DNA from: an uncultured virus (IMG/VR IMGVR_UViG_3300048599_000797)
Lineage: Duplodnaviria > Heunggongvirae > Uroviricota > Caudoviricetes
Length of the DNA: 64,000 nucleotides
IMG/VR virus record: IMGVR_UViG_3300048599_000797
Reading direction: 5' to 3' (one strand)
Position 1 is the first letter of the stretch; every line of letters begins with the position of its first letter. Shown here in pieces: positions 17,501-26,756 of this stretch. The notes beneath the pieces were generated by a model. That model saw only the letters and a list, made by a program, of their open reading frames with translations, had not been told where the DNA came from and did not search any database. The position numbers and the translations under genes were made by a program.

Positions 17501-18569
17501 TGATCGCGCCGGCCTGTCCGAACTCGACCTTGACCCGATAGTGCATCTGGTCGTTTGCGCCCCATTCGTTGAGGAACGCGGGGAATTCCACGTGCACTGC
17601 CGATGGGACGGGCGTGTTATGGCGGCCGCCGTGGATGTGACTCCACGCCTTGGTGTTGGCGTTGAGCAGCGCCAGGGCACCGATCGGCGTCTGCGCCTCG
17701 TAGTAGCGGGCCGCCTGCTGCCGGTACGCCGCCGGCGTGCTGGCGTTGGAGGCCTGCGACTGCAGGGGATTAGTGGCCGTGGTACTCTTCACATTGAACT
17801 TGGGCACGATCCGCAGGCCCGCGCAGGCGCATGCGGCATCGAACAGCAACGCCTCGCTGTCGGGCCGGCTGTCGAACTCACCGCTGGGGCGAAAGCCGGT
17901 CTGCGTGTTGTCCACCGCGCCGAACACGCCCTCGGGAAATTCGCAGCTCAGCGGATCGAGCGTCTGGCACAGCTCTTCCCAGGTGGTTTCGGTGGAGACC
18001 GTCGCCGTGTCGATTTGGTGCTGCCGGTAGTAGCGTTCGTCGACCAGCACCACGAGGTGCGCCTGGTCGGCCTGGTACGCGTTGGCGTTGGCCCGGTACG
18101 CGGCCGGCGTGCCCGCATTGGCGGCCTGGCTCTGCAAGGGGTTCGCGGCGGCGGCCGCCGTCTGCTGCTTTTGACTGCGGCCGATGGGGATCACCGCCAG
18201 CACGAACATCCGATAGGTGATTGGCGTCCCCGAGCCGTCGCCGAGCGTGAGCTCGCCCACCTCCGGCAGCTTGTTGGCCGTGGTCCCATCGCACAAAAAC
18301 AGCCCCACGCTCCACCGGCTGGCCCCGGTGGGCACGTAGAGCTGGTTGATCTCGAGCTTCGGCGGATCGGGCCAGGCCGGCGCCTGGATCGTGGGCAGCA
18401 CGTGCCGCGGCCAGCGCGGGGGAAGGTACACCTGGGCCGGGCGTGGCGTGGGCCCGGCCCAGGCGAACAGGTTCAGCCGCTCGAGCTCGGCGTTCCGCGC
18501 GAGGAAGTCGCCGAGCTCGAAGCCCTCGTCGAGGGCCAGAAACGTGTAGCCGCCGTAGGTGATCGCCAC
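14553..18569 (-). CDS. Large tail tip/baseplate protein with internal duplication
   Basis: 1338 aa, beta-rich, position in tail module. Confidence 0.7.
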   Translation of the reverse strand: MAITYGGYTFLALDEGFELGDFLARNAELERLNLFAWAGPTPRPAQVYLPPRWPRHVLPTIQAPAWPDPPKLEINQLYVPTGASRWSVGLFLCDGTTANKLPEVGELTLGDGSGTPITYRMFVLAVIPIGRSQKQQTAAAAANPLQSQAANAGTPAAYRANANAYQADQAHLVVLVDERYYRQHQIDTATVSTETTWEELCQTLDPLSCEFPEGVFGAVDNTQTGFRPSGEFDSRPDSEALLFDAACACAGLRIVPKFNVKSTTATNPLQSQASNASTPAAYRQQAARYYEAQTPIGALALLNANTKAWSHIHGGRHNTPVPSAVHVEFPAFLNEWGANDQMHYRVKVEFGQAGAINTGTKVSTAQLAPWTIRCGAFADAQDLKCDANRPAFDGRTAARVRNNTRLQAIAKLLAKAYYSWQCGGYTFTFPGIAAWKLTGYDDCVIYHCGSQRRAAGEEHNPGGYRMLTVVRGLPSQFGITDVPAWIQRQGSYQNGGQSQDYDAGAEWLTEYEYYASAAEDIASSSNGVMRVNDNTYAPVRVAFMPSSQLPPLRMGERALIRYFPDLGEWRVVSSVAQVHLFETIGPFVWESDDKPIHCPAKQLTYIQPHGDTDDEGKTTYPPGDYQAYGDTVEIYWSQCPRDSDGKYLHAVAGAAGLRFACVWQTGNTEFVSSDPNVLARMGGKWEIIDGWDLCLLARLSSGWDYSGGAPSASARLMYWNGSSYTASDEVTIYNPAAPQDNGEYTGNPKGAAGQIYTVMRTHDNLYVVTGGASGTELVVFKLSSGWSGSLRPRSATAIVQEYSAGQYRASDQTITVYWGGGAFDGSGNAYGLPVGSGGSAWGAARFNADGGYWEVVAMFDPQAVYVGTMQSDWECSGSSGGTSGAVTVNSGGQSFDVSAFGYGFAQGAKLRQGAQVIVSFLPDDSSFVFIGIPREGDAGGDEDSEDSQTAKHMGLFRTDGGWTWSGTTTAPYCQAKRVTSDPDEQQTVQLYWVQAPRKADGTYVQCAAGAAGHLFWATDISENQWKIIDGLSWSGLVKLSGEWTYHANVGTATAKIFYGGSESTAQIEVTLNWSPDGSGLPFGGTGDIYACSQTAQGVYEVKPRTLFAAFRLTGSWQFPSGQANDGDASCVAQCDFYHYDNAGGGVFAKTGSGVVGWRGTIPKDDGSFAKLPTGSSTNQWGMAMYDFSAQAWVATALWNEQMTFRATLKAQWNKVAGDDAGVDVTVLDASVDVKAFGAGFPTGATLANGTEVVIWYATDEDKFYFNCPFGGIYKATLKTQLSRGGNVQADLAGTSPTVTVTVYDALLKTSETLATNSTVLIGYSQAERKFYVLAASCP

Positions 18570-18572
18570 GGA

Positions 18573-19619
18573 TTACACTCCGCTGGAGGAGCCGGAAGTA
18601 CTGGTCGACGACGAGCTGGAGCTGTTGCTGGTCTCGGACGACGTTTCACTGGCCAGCGTGGAGCTCGAGCTGCTCGAGTTGCTCGAGCTCGAGGATCCGC
18701 TGCTGACGCTGGTGGTCGAGTTGGCCGAGCTGGCGCTGGTCGTCGACTGCGACGTGGTGGACAGGCTCGACGCCGAGCTGGGCGAGCTCTTGGAGCTGGT
18801 CTCGCTGGCCAGCGTGGAGCTCGAGGAGTTGGAGCTCGCCGACTTGCTGGAGCTGGTCTCGGACTGCGCCGTGGACGTGCTCTGCGACGATTGACTCGTG
18901 GTGCTCTGGCTGGTGTTCGTCGTGCTGGGGCTCGACTCGGAGGTGTACGACTGACTCGAGTCCGAGCTGATCGACTGACTGGTGGTGCTGTTCACCGAGC
19001 TGGCAGAGCTCTGGCTGGTGGTGCTCAACGTGGATTCCGACGAGCTGAGGCTGGTCGTGCTGAGGCTCACTTCGCTCGAGCTCGAGGAGCTGCTGGCCGA
19101 CGACTCCTCTTCGCTGAACGTGCCGAAGCACCGCAGATAGCCGTAGATCTTGCCACGCGTCAGCCGGCGACCGGCCACGGTCACGGTCACCGCGCGTTCG
19201 GCCGTGGTGAGAATCGCCTTGGAGGCGCTGCCATCGGGCACGACGTCCTTCAGCGCGCCGGCAGTGAACCCGCCGTAGGCCGCCGCGGCCAGGATGTCGC
19301 CCGCGGTCTGCAGATGGATGGCGATCGTGGCGCCTTCTTCGCCCTCCAGGGCCTGGACCACGTGCAGCATCCCGTCGACGACGATCGTGTCCGCCGGAAC
19401 CTTCACGTCCAGCGAGTGGGCGCCCACCGCGCCGCCGTCCACGGCCGGCTCGTACTCAAACGCGATGTAGCCCTCGGGCCGCCACCGCGTGCCGTCGTTA
19501 AAATGCCGGGCGAGCGTGTCTTCGACCAGCGTGCGGGCGCCGATGTCGCCGCTCTGCGGCAGGTAGGCGTGGGAAGGGACCGACAAGGGAATGCCGTTGA
19601 CCGAATTGCGGGCGACCAT
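18573..19619 (-). CDS. Virion protein with C-terminal Ser/Thr-rich tract
   Basis: Beta-rich N-domain plus ~180-aa S/T tail; AGGAG RBS. Confidence 0.75.
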   Translation of the reverse strand: MVARNSVNGIPLSVPSHAYLPQSGDIGARTLVEDTLARHFNDGTRWRPEGYIAFEYEPAVDGGAVGAHSLDVKVPADTIVVDGMLHVVQALEGEEGATIAIHLQTAGDILAAAAYGGFTAGALKDVVPDGSASKAILTTAERAVTVTVAGRRLTRGKIYGYLRCFGTFSEEESSASSSSSSSEVSLSTTSLSSSESTLSTTSQSSASSVNSTTSQSISSDSSQSYTSESSPSTTNTSQSTTSQSSQSTSTAQSETSSSKSASSNSSSSTLASETSSKSSPSSASSLSTTSQSTTSASSANSTTSVSSGSSSSSNSSSSSSTLASETSSETSNSSSSSSTSTSGSSSGV

Positions 19620-19628
19620 GAGTTGACT

Positions 19629-19926
19629 CCTATTAGCTGACGGTGGGGTTGTTGAACAGGTGACCGGCGTCGTCGGGGTTCGGGTAGTAGCCGCCGACCG
19701 GCGAAGCGTCGGGAGTGGTTTGGTAGTACGCCCCGTGATACGGCCAGTGAATCGCCCAGTTGCCACCAGCGAAATTCGCCGCCTGGATGTAGATCTTCGG
19801 GTGATCGGGGTCGTACGCCGAGACGTCCTTCGACCACTGGGGCGTGCCGCTGGTCCGCCAGGGGTTGTCCTCGTCGTCGTACAAGTACTGGCCGTCCCCG
19901 TGCATCTCCTCGTCGGTCCCGCTGAC
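19629..19926. repeat. Direct repeat copy A (~298 bp)
   Basis: 7 mismatches versus 20779-21076 by manual comparison. Confidence 0.95.
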
Positions 19927-20772
19927 CCACAGCGAACCATAGGCTGGCGGCGCGCTGGATGCGGTGGACTCCTCGGAAACGCTCGATACGCTGGTGCTCG
20001 ACGTGCCTTCCGACGTGGAGGTGCTGGTGCTGACACTGCTCTCCGTGCTGGCGCTGCTGGGCGAAGTGCTGCTGCTACCCGAAGTACTGGAACTGCTGGC
20101 GGTCGTGGTCGACGTGCTCAGCGAGCTCCCGGAGCTCGCGGTGCTACTGCTGGAACTGCTCACCGTGGTGCTCGAGCTCGACAGGCTGGTGGTCGACGTG
20201 CGGCTGGACAGGTTGCTCGTGGAGCTGCTCGAGGTGTCGATCTCGATCACCGAGCTTTCCAACAGATCCCAATCGAACTCCAGTCCGAATTGCACCGGCA
20301 ACGCGGCCAGTCCCACCTGGTCCCGGGCCGAGGCGAGGATCACCGGCTTGCCGCAGCCCTGCGCGTAGACTGTCTGCCGCAGCTGGTGGCCGTCGAGGTC
20401 GACGACGAATTCCTCGCCCACCAGACTCGCCAGCACGCGGCGTTTGAGGGGGTACAGCCCACGTTCGGAATCCGTGAGCAGGCGAATCGCCACGTCGGTG
20501 GAGTCAGTCTTGATTCGGGTGAAGAGCACCACACTCAACGAGCAGGCCTCGGTGGTCTGCAGCCGGCCGCCGCCGATCTGGTATTCGGGGCCGAACTGGC
20601 TGTCGCCAAACCCGATGACCACAAAAAACGGCCCTCCCTTGGGCACGGTGGGCGGGTCCATGGGATTGAGCGCCTCGTAACAAGTTCGCTCGTTGAGGTG
20701 CAGATCGCGGCGAAGCTTGTCCAAGATCGCCTCGAGGATCAGATGCTGGCTCGTGCCCGCGTGTAGTTCCAT
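19633..20772 (-). CDS. Tail-terminator-like domain, S/T linker, C-terminal aromatic domain (paralog 2)
   Basis: N-domain homologous to 20780-22066; C-domain near-identical. Confidence 0.75.
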   Translation of the reverse strand: MELHAGTSQHLILEAILDKLRRDLHLNERTCYEALNPMDPPTVPKGGPFFVVIGFGDSQFGPEYQIGGGRLQTTEACSLSVVLFTRIKTDSTDVAIRLLTDSERGLYPLKRRVLASLVGEEFVVDLDGHQLRQTVYAQGCGKPVILASARDQVGLAALPVQFGLEFDWDLLESSVIEIDTSSSSTSNLSSRTSTTSLSSSSTTVSSSSSSTASSGSSLSTSTTTASSSSTSGSSSTSPSSASTESSVSTSTSTSEGTSSTSVSSVSEESTASSAPPAYGSLWVSGTDEEMHGDGQYLYDDEDNPWRTSGTPQWSKDVSAYDPDHPKIYIQAANFAGGNWAIHWPYHGAYYQTTPDASPVGGYYPNPDDAGHLFNNPTVS

Positions 20773-20778
20773 CTGTTC

Positions 20779-21076
20779 CCTATTGGCTGACGGTTGGGTT
20801 GTTGAACAGGTGCCAGGCGTCGTCGGGGTTCGGGTAGTAGCCGCCGACCGGCGAAGCGTCGGGAGTGGTTTGGTAGTACGCCCCGTGATACGGCCAGTGA
20901 ATCGCCCAGTTGCCACCAGCGAAATTCGCCGCCTGGATGTAGATCTTCGGGTGATCGGGGTCGTACGCTGAGACGTCCTTCGACCACTGGGGCGTGCCGC
21001 TGGTCCGCCAGGGGTTGTCCTCGTCGTCGTACAAGTACTGGCCATCCCCGTGCATCTCCTCGTCGGTCCCACTGAC
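20779..21076. repeat. Direct repeat copy B (~298 bp)
   Basis: Offset 1150 from copy A; a second 80-bp block 21135-21214 matches 19979-20058. Confidence 0.95.
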
Positions 21077-22066
21077 GTAGAGTGCTGTGATCCCCGGCGA
21101 CTGGCTGGAGAAGCTCGACTCGTCGGCGTCGGAGACGCTCGATACGCTGGTGCTCGACGTGCCTTCCGACGTGGAGGTGCTGGTGCTGGCACTGCTCTCC
21201 GTGCTGGCGCTGCTCACGGTGGTGCTGGAGCTGCTCTGGCTGCTGAGTGTCGTGCTGGAGCTCGATTGGCTGCTCACCGAGGTGCTGGAAGTGCTGACGC
21301 TGCTTGGGCTGCTCTGGCTGCTGGAGGTGCCCAGCGAACTGGACGAACTCAACGTGGTGCTGCTACTCGCGCTACTCAGTGTGGTGGTGCTGCTCGCGCT
21401 ACTCAACGTAGTACTGCTGCTCGGGCTGCTGGCGCTTGCCGTGCTTCGCACGCTGCTCAGCGTGGTGCTGGTGCTCGAGACACTGGCGGTGGACGTTTGC
21501 GACGACAGGCTACTGACTTCGCTGGTTTCGGCGTCCTCCTCGGGGACCGGCAGTTCTTCCAGCCGCCAATCGAACAGCACGCCGAACTGCATCGCCAGAC
21601 ACACCAACCCCACCGGATCGTGCTGCGAGCGGAGCACCTCGGGCGAGCCGCACGATACGGCATACAGAGTCTGCCGCAAGATCTGGTTCCCGCGCTCGTC
21701 GGCCAGGTCGTGGTCGACCAGCGCCCGCAGCACGCGGTACTTGATCCGCAGCAGGCCGCGGGCTTCGTCGCGCAGCAGCCGCGCGGCGTGATCGCTCTGG
21801 TCGGTGCGGATCCGGGTGAAGGCCACCACGCTCAGCCGCGCCTCCTCCGTGAGTTGATCGCGGGCGGCGCCGATCTGGTGCTCCACCAGGAACCGGCTCG
21901 TGGAGAACCCCACCGTGAGGAAGTACGGTCCGCTCCGCGGAAGTTCCGGCGGATCCGCGGGATCGAAGGTCGCGAAGCAGGAGCGTTCCCCCAGATGTAA
22001 GAACGACCGCAGCCGCCGCAGCACGGCGGTGAGGATCGTGGCCTGGTTGGTGTGCACGCGGGACAT
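20780..22066 (-). CDS. Tail-terminator-like domain, S/T linker, C-terminal aromatic domain (paralog 1)
   Basis: 428 aa; same architecture as the adjacent paralog. Confidence 0.75.
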   Translation of the reverse strand: MSRVHTNQATILTAVLRRLRSFLHLGERSCFATFDPADPPELPRSGPYFLTVGFSTSRFLVEHQIGAARDQLTEEARLSVVAFTRIRTDQSDHAARLLRDEARGLLRIKYRVLRALVDHDLADERGNQILRQTLYAVSCGSPEVLRSQHDPVGLVCLAMQFGVLFDWRLEELPVPEEDAETSEVSSLSSQTSTASVSSTSTTLSSVRSTASASSPSSSTTLSSASSTTTLSSASSSTTLSSSSSLGTSSSQSSPSSVSTSSTSVSSQSSSSTTLSSQSSSSTTVSSASTESSASTSTSTSEGTSSTSVSSVSDADESSFSSQSPGITALYVSGTDEEMHGDGQYLYDDEDNPWRTSGTPQWSKDVSAYDPDHPKIYIQAANFAGGNWAIHWPYHGAYYQTTPDASPVGGYYPNPDDAWHLFNNPTVSQ

Positions 22067-22067
22067 G

Positions 22068-24881
22068 TCACGCCTCGGGGAGTTGCGCGCCGACGATGAC
22101 CGACGAGGGAATCAGGTTCTGGCCGCGGGTCGGCAACTGCAGGCCCAGCGCCTGCAGATCAAACAACCGCTGGAACCACTCCTGCAGGCGGCCACGGCGA
22201 TCGTTGCGCACATCGATCGACCACTGGTCGCCGAGCACGGCCGGGCGGATCCCGGTGAACGCCGCGGCCGTCGGGCCGCCGGCGTAGAGCTCGGTGCCCT
22301 GCACCACGCACACATCGTCGACGAACAGCGAGTAGCCGGCCGGCAACGGCGCCGCCAGGCGGAGCCGCAGGTACACCGGCTGCTGCACGCCCTGCGGCAA
22401 GCGGAACGAGAACCCGAAGCCCTGGGTGCCGCTCACCAGGTTCAGATCGATGGCCAGCGCGTTGCCCGTGCTGGAGCTGTCGGCGAGCACCTCGCCGTGG
22501 ATCCCGTCGACGATTTCCACGCGCAGGTCGCGGGTGAATTGCGTGGAGCTCGAGGAGCTCGATTCGCGGGCCTCGGTGGAGCTTGACAGGCTTTGGCTGC
22601 TCTCGGAGCTGGAGAGGCTCGAGGTCGACTGCGAGGAGCTGGAGGAGCTGACCGAAAGCGTGGATGACTCAGAGCTCGAGGTGCTGGAGCTTGAGGCCGA
22701 GCTGGCGGTGCTGGCGCTGGTGTGGGTGAAGATCCCCGACGTGGAAATCTCCGACGAGCTCTCACTGGTCAGCTCCTGGCTGGTCTCCAGCTCTTCGGTG
22801 CTGCTGGAGGATTCCTCCTCCTCGCCCTCGCCAAACAGTTCCTCGTCGGCCGCCAGGGCGCCGTACACGGGGTAGCAGGTCGTGTAACGCAGCTCGCCCT
22901 GGTACTCTCCGCCGACGGCCGGCGGGTCCGCGCGGCACCCCGCAGGGCATTCGGTGCTCATGTTCTGCACCCAATCCTGTTGGGCCGCAATCCACTGCCA
23001 CTCCACCTGCTGCCCCTGGCAGCCGTCGCTGGCACTGGTCACGGAACTGGCCGAGGTGCTGTCGACACTCGAGGAGCTGGAGTTGGAGCTCGCGGAGCTG
23101 TAGCTGCTGGAGGATTTGGAGGTGCTGGTGCTCGAACTGGATTGACTGGAGGCACTCGAGGCCGAGGCGGTGGTCGTCGACGTGCTGGTGAACGACATGG
23201 CCAGGCTGGAGCTGGAGAGGCTCGTAGAGATCTCCGAGGAGCTGCTGGCGCTGGAGGCCGAGCTGGCCGAAGTGCTGATGGCCGTGGAGGAGCTCGAGGA
23301 GCTCGGCGAGCTCGACGAACTGGACTGCGAGCTGGCCGAGGTGCTGATCTCGCTGGAGCTGAGGCTGGTGCTGGAGGTGCTTTGGCTGGACTGGCTGGTG
23401 GTGCTCGAATAGTGCAACGTGGAGCTCGTGGAGGGCGAGCTGGACGAGCTGCTCATCGAGACGCTCGATACGCTGGTCGGGTTTTCGGTGGAGCTCGAGG
23501 CGCTGGATTCGAATTCCGGGTCGATCCAATTCTCCGCCTGCCCCTCGCCATGATCGACCCAGTACGGCACCACGGGCTCCCACACCTTGTTGATCGAGCT
23601 GGTGCTCTGGCTGCTCTGGCTGGTGGTGCTGTAGTTTCGCGCGGTCGACGAACTGGACCAGCTCGAGCTGCTGGACGTGCCGGATTGGGTCGAGGTGCTC
23701 TCTTCGTTCGTGGCCTCGGTCACGGCCACCAGCAGGTGGCAGAAGTACACCGTGTCGGCCGACAGGCCGGAGAGTGACGCGTAGAGCGTGGTGAGCTCCA
23801 CACCGTCACCGTCGATCCGTAGCGACTGGCCGGTGGCCGAGCCCGCATCGCCGGGCTGCACGAGCTCGATCGACACGCCGCCGCCAATCACGTGATCGAT
23901 CACCTCCAGCAGGTCCACCCGGCCGCCGAGGCCGGTAAACGCCACCTGGTGGATCGTGGCCGAGTCGCGCCACGCGCTGACGGTGACCTCCTCCAGGCCG
24001 GGCAAGGCCGCCAGGGCCGCCTGGACGTCGGAGGCCGTGGCATTGTACTCCAGGGCCGCGGTCGAGCGCCGCACGCCCCAGCGATCGGTGTACACCAGGT
24101 AGTACACGCCGCCGGTGGCCGTGTCGCTGACGTGCACCCGTTGCGTGGCCACCAGGGCCTGGCGCACGCTCCGGCCGGGCGTGCCAATGGCCACCACCCA
24201 GCCCTGCGGCAGATCGCCGTCCCAGGTGGAGAACGAGCCCTTGGCCAGCAAGCCCGAGTCCGTGCCCCCGGTGGCCGTGAGTGTGGTCTGCAGGCCCGAG
24301 CCGGCCGGCCAGTCGACGCCCAATGCTCCCGAGGCAGCCGCCGGACCGCTGATCTGAATCGAGGGGGACGTGTCCGACTCGGAGCTAACGACGGCCGTGA
24401 GCTGTTCGCTGAGCGCGAACTCACACGTCCGGCCATCGCCGCGGCGGGTGGTGACCAGGAGCTCGACGCTCCCGACGTTGAGCGGATCCGCGCTGACCGT
24501 GGCCACCACGTTATTGCCCTGCACATAGAGGTGCGCCGTCTCCATCGCCGCCACCAGGTGCTTGAGCGCCGTGGACAGGCCGGTGTCGGGCGGCTCGAAC
24601 TGCGCGGCCCAGGCGGTGATCAACGAATTGAGCACGGCCTGCGCTTGGTAGGCCAAGGTGGTGCCCGACGTGGTAAACCCGGTTACCGTATCTCCCAGGC
24701 CGGCCAGGGCCTGGGACGTGGTGAGGTCCGATAACGGTAGTCGCTCGACCTGCGCGGCAAACGCCCGCATCCCGCGTGGGATCGTGATCGCCAGCAGCGG
24801 GTAGGCCGTTTCCAGCGCGCCGATCGCCGAACCGATGGCGTGGAACAGCGAGTTGCCATTGCGGTCGTAGATATAGAGCAT
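22068..24881 (-). CDS. Tail protein with ~380-aa Ser/Thr-rich insertion
   Basis: YNATASDVQAALAALPG motif typical of virion appendage proteins; S/T tract ~22550-23705. Confidence 0.75.
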   Translation of the reverse strand: MLYIYDRNGNSLFHAIGSAIGALETAYPLLAITIPRGMRAFAAQVERLPLSDLTTSQALAGLGDTVTGFTTSGTTLAYQAQAVLNSLITAWAAQFEPPDTGLSTALKHLVAAMETAHLYVQGNNVVATVSADPLNVGSVELLVTTRRGDGRTCEFALSEQLTAVVSSESDTSPSIQISGPAAASGALGVDWPAGSGLQTTLTATGGTDSGLLAKGSFSTWDGDLPQGWVVAIGTPGRSVRQALVATQRVHVSDTATGGVYYLVYTDRWGVRRSTAALEYNATASDVQAALAALPGLEEVTVSAWRDSATIHQVAFTGLGGRVDLLEVIDHVIGGGVSIELVQPGDAGSATGQSLRIDGDGVELTTLYASLSGLSADTVYFCHLLVAVTEATNEESTSTQSGTSSSSSWSSSSTARNYSTTSQSSQSTSSINKVWEPVVPYWVDHGEGQAENWIDPEFESSASSSTENPTSVSSVSMSSSSSSPSTSSTLHYSSTTSQSSQSTSSTSLSSSEISTSASSQSSSSSSPSSSSSSTAISTSASSASSASSSSEISTSLSSSSLAMSFTSTSTTTASASSASSQSSSSTSTSKSSSSYSSASSNSSSSSVDSTSASSVTSASDGCQGQQVEWQWIAAQQDWVQNMSTECPAGCRADPPAVGGEYQGELRYTTCYPVYGALAADEELFGEGEEEESSSSTEELETSQELTSESSSEISTSGIFTHTSASTASSASSSSTSSSESSTLSVSSSSSSQSTSSLSSSESSQSLSSSTEARESSSSSSTQFTRDLRVEIVDGIHGEVLADSSSTGNALAIDLNLVSGTQGFGFSFRLPQGVQQPVYLRLRLAAPLPAGYSLFVDDVCVVQGTELYAGGPTAAAFTGIRPAVLGDQWSIDVRNDRRGRLQEWFQRLFDLQALGLQLPTRGQNLIPSSVIVGAQLPEA

Positions 24882-24889
24882 GGGCCACC

Positions 24890-26755
24890 TCAGACGAATG
24901 TCTTGGGATTGAGTTTGCTGGCGTAGGCGCCGGAGCCCTCACGCGAGACCACGGGCGTGCAGCCAACGTCCATCGGATCGGACTGGCCGGGCATGCGGTT
25001 CATCGCGTACACGTGTTCCACCGCCAGGCGATAGATCAGATCGCGGCCGTCGGGCGTGGGCACGGGAGGGTGCGCCCGGACGTTGGTCCGCAGCAGGGTG
25101 CCGGTCATCGCGCCATCCTTGATCGTGTCGTCGCCCTTCGGGACCTCGGGCCACGCGCCGACGCGCTCCGCGTCGAGCTTGATCACCTTGCGGCACACGG
25201 GCAGCGCCACCGCGGCCACGAAGCACGTGTCCTGGCCCGCGGAGTACTTGGCGGCGGCCCGTGGGAGCTGGATCCGGTGCGCCGGGCCGAGGATCTCGGT
25301 CTCCGCGCGGCAATAGGTGTAGAGGTTCTTCTTGGCGTTCTCCGAGATCCGATTGGGCATCGCGTAATCGGTCGGGATCCCGCCGGTGGCCGACGTGCTC
25401 TGCGTGCTCGAGCTCCGCGAGGCGGGCGGCTCGCCGTGGCCTTGGTAGCCGCCCTGGCCGGCCGCGTCGAGGCTCAGGTCGCCGGTCTGCGTGCAAGGAT
25501 CGTACAGCAGGCACTTGCGCAGCGACTCCTCGAGGTTGGTGCGGATTGTGGTGCTGCCCTCGACCGTGCTGTACCCGCTGGCCGGCGGCGCGCTGGAGCG
25601 GGTCACATCGTACGCCCCGCGGTTGTCACGCAAGGCGGGGAACTTCCACGGGCTGGCGAGCTTCTTGGGGAGCACGCCGTACCAGAAATTCGAGTCCTTG
25701 TAGATCTGGTCGGCCTGGTCGATCGTCTCCAGAATCCGCGCGTAAACCTCGACCGCCGTCACCGCGCCGAACAAGATCGTGATCTGGAACCCGCCGCCGG
25801 CCATGAACGTCCACCCGCCTTTGTCGGCCCCCATCTTGCGGCTGAACATGTTGATCCGGCTGTCGATCGCCTGCAGGGCCCGCGTCACCAGCAGCCCGCG
25901 ATCGACGTTGGGCGGGCCTTCCAGCCGCACGCGACACTCGGCGTGCACGTTGAAGCCGTTGCCCGTGGAGTAGCTGTGGTGGCCGCTGATCGACGTCGCC
26001 GGCCAGGGGGCGGACATGGCGACCTGGCGGTCGACGACCTCGTACGCCGCCTCGAGGCCATTCGGCTCGGTCAAAAACGCCATCCGCACGCGTTTGAAGC
26101 CGTTCTCCAGTCGCGGCAAGCACACGTGGCGGAAGTGGCCCGGGGTGAGCGTCACGGCCTGGCTGATCCGCAGCCGGCCGCGGATGATCCGCGTCACGTA
26201 CCACTGTTCATCCATCTCCTCGGCGATCGACCAGCGGTTGCTGAGCACGTCCGGCAATCCGCTCGACGACGCGCCCTTCACGCACTCCAGCTTGGCGCAT
26301 TCCACGGCGAACACCACGCGGTACACCTGGTCCCCGCCGACGCGGGTGATATCGAACCGCAGCGGACGCGGACCGTTGTTCACGTCGCGGTTTGCGTTGT
26401 GCACGGAGTTCTTTTCACTGGGCACGCACTCCACCAGCACCTTGCCGTGGTTGGTGTACTTGAGCGGCTTGCGGGGCTGGGTGAGCGCCTTGCGAATCTC
26501 CACCTCCAGGTCCGTGGCGTTGCTCGCCGAGGACTTCTGCGGTGAGACCCACGGCCCGACCACGTCCAGGTGCAGGCGACGGTCCTCGTGGGCGTGGATG
26601 TAGCACTCGACTTCGATTTCAAATCGCGTGTACATCAGGTCCGTGCCCGACGGATCGTAGACCACCTCCTGGTGAAAGGTGCGCGTGGTGACGTTGTTCA
26701 GCGTCACCCCGTTGTATTCCAGCCGCGTCACCGGTTGGGCATTATTGGCCGCCAT
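24890..26755 (-). CDS. Putative distal tail/baseplate protein
   Basis: 621 aa, directly after the tape-measure candidate. Confidence 0.6.
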   Translation of the reverse strand: MAANNAQPVTRLEYNGVTLNNVTTRTFHQEVVYDPSGTDLMYTRFEIEVECYIHAHEDRRLHLDVVGPWVSPQKSSASNATDLEVEIRKALTQPRKPLKYTNHGKVLVECVPSEKNSVHNANRDVNNGPRPLRFDITRVGGDQVYRVVFAVECAKLECVKGASSSGLPDVLSNRWSIAEEMDEQWYVTRIIRGRLRISQAVTLTPGHFRHVCLPRLENGFKRVRMAFLTEPNGLEAAYEVVDRQVAMSAPWPATSISGHHSYSTGNGFNVHAECRVRLEGPPNVDRGLLVTRALQAIDSRINMFSRKMGADKGGWTFMAGGGFQITILFGAVTAVEVYARILETIDQADQIYKDSNFWYGVLPKKLASPWKFPALRDNRGAYDVTRSSAPPASGYSTVEGSTTIRTNLEESLRKCLLYDPCTQTGDLSLDAAGQGGYQGHGEPPASRSSSTQSTSATGGIPTDYAMPNRISENAKKNLYTYCRAETEILGPAHRIQLPRAAAKYSAGQDTCFVAAVALPVCRKVIKLDAERVGAWPEVPKGDDTIKDGAMTGTLLRTNVRAHPPVPTPDGRDLIYRLAVEHVYAMNRMPGQSDPMDVGCTPVVSREGSGAYASKLNPKTFV

Positions 26756-26756
26756 C

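Noticed and set aside
15432..19640. Very long plus-strand ORFs (also 40566-44201, 8374-9807, 44630-46228)
   Set aside because: Antisense to motif-bearing genes; expected in high-GC DNA
19629..21214. DGR template/variable repeat pair
   Set aside because: Mismatches are not adenine-specific, both copies are coding 3' ends, and no reverse transcriptase is seen in the window
18559..23412. Plus-strand Leu/Glu/Val-rich ORFs (e.g. 18559-18894, 19964-20368, 21087-21791)
   Set aside because: Antisense shadows of Ser/Thr codon runs; the minus-strand genes have RBS and tight coupling
18573..23705. N-X-S/T sequons as evidence of N-glycosylation
   Set aside because: Expected by chance in Ser/Thr-rich tracts; no oligosaccharyltransferase seen
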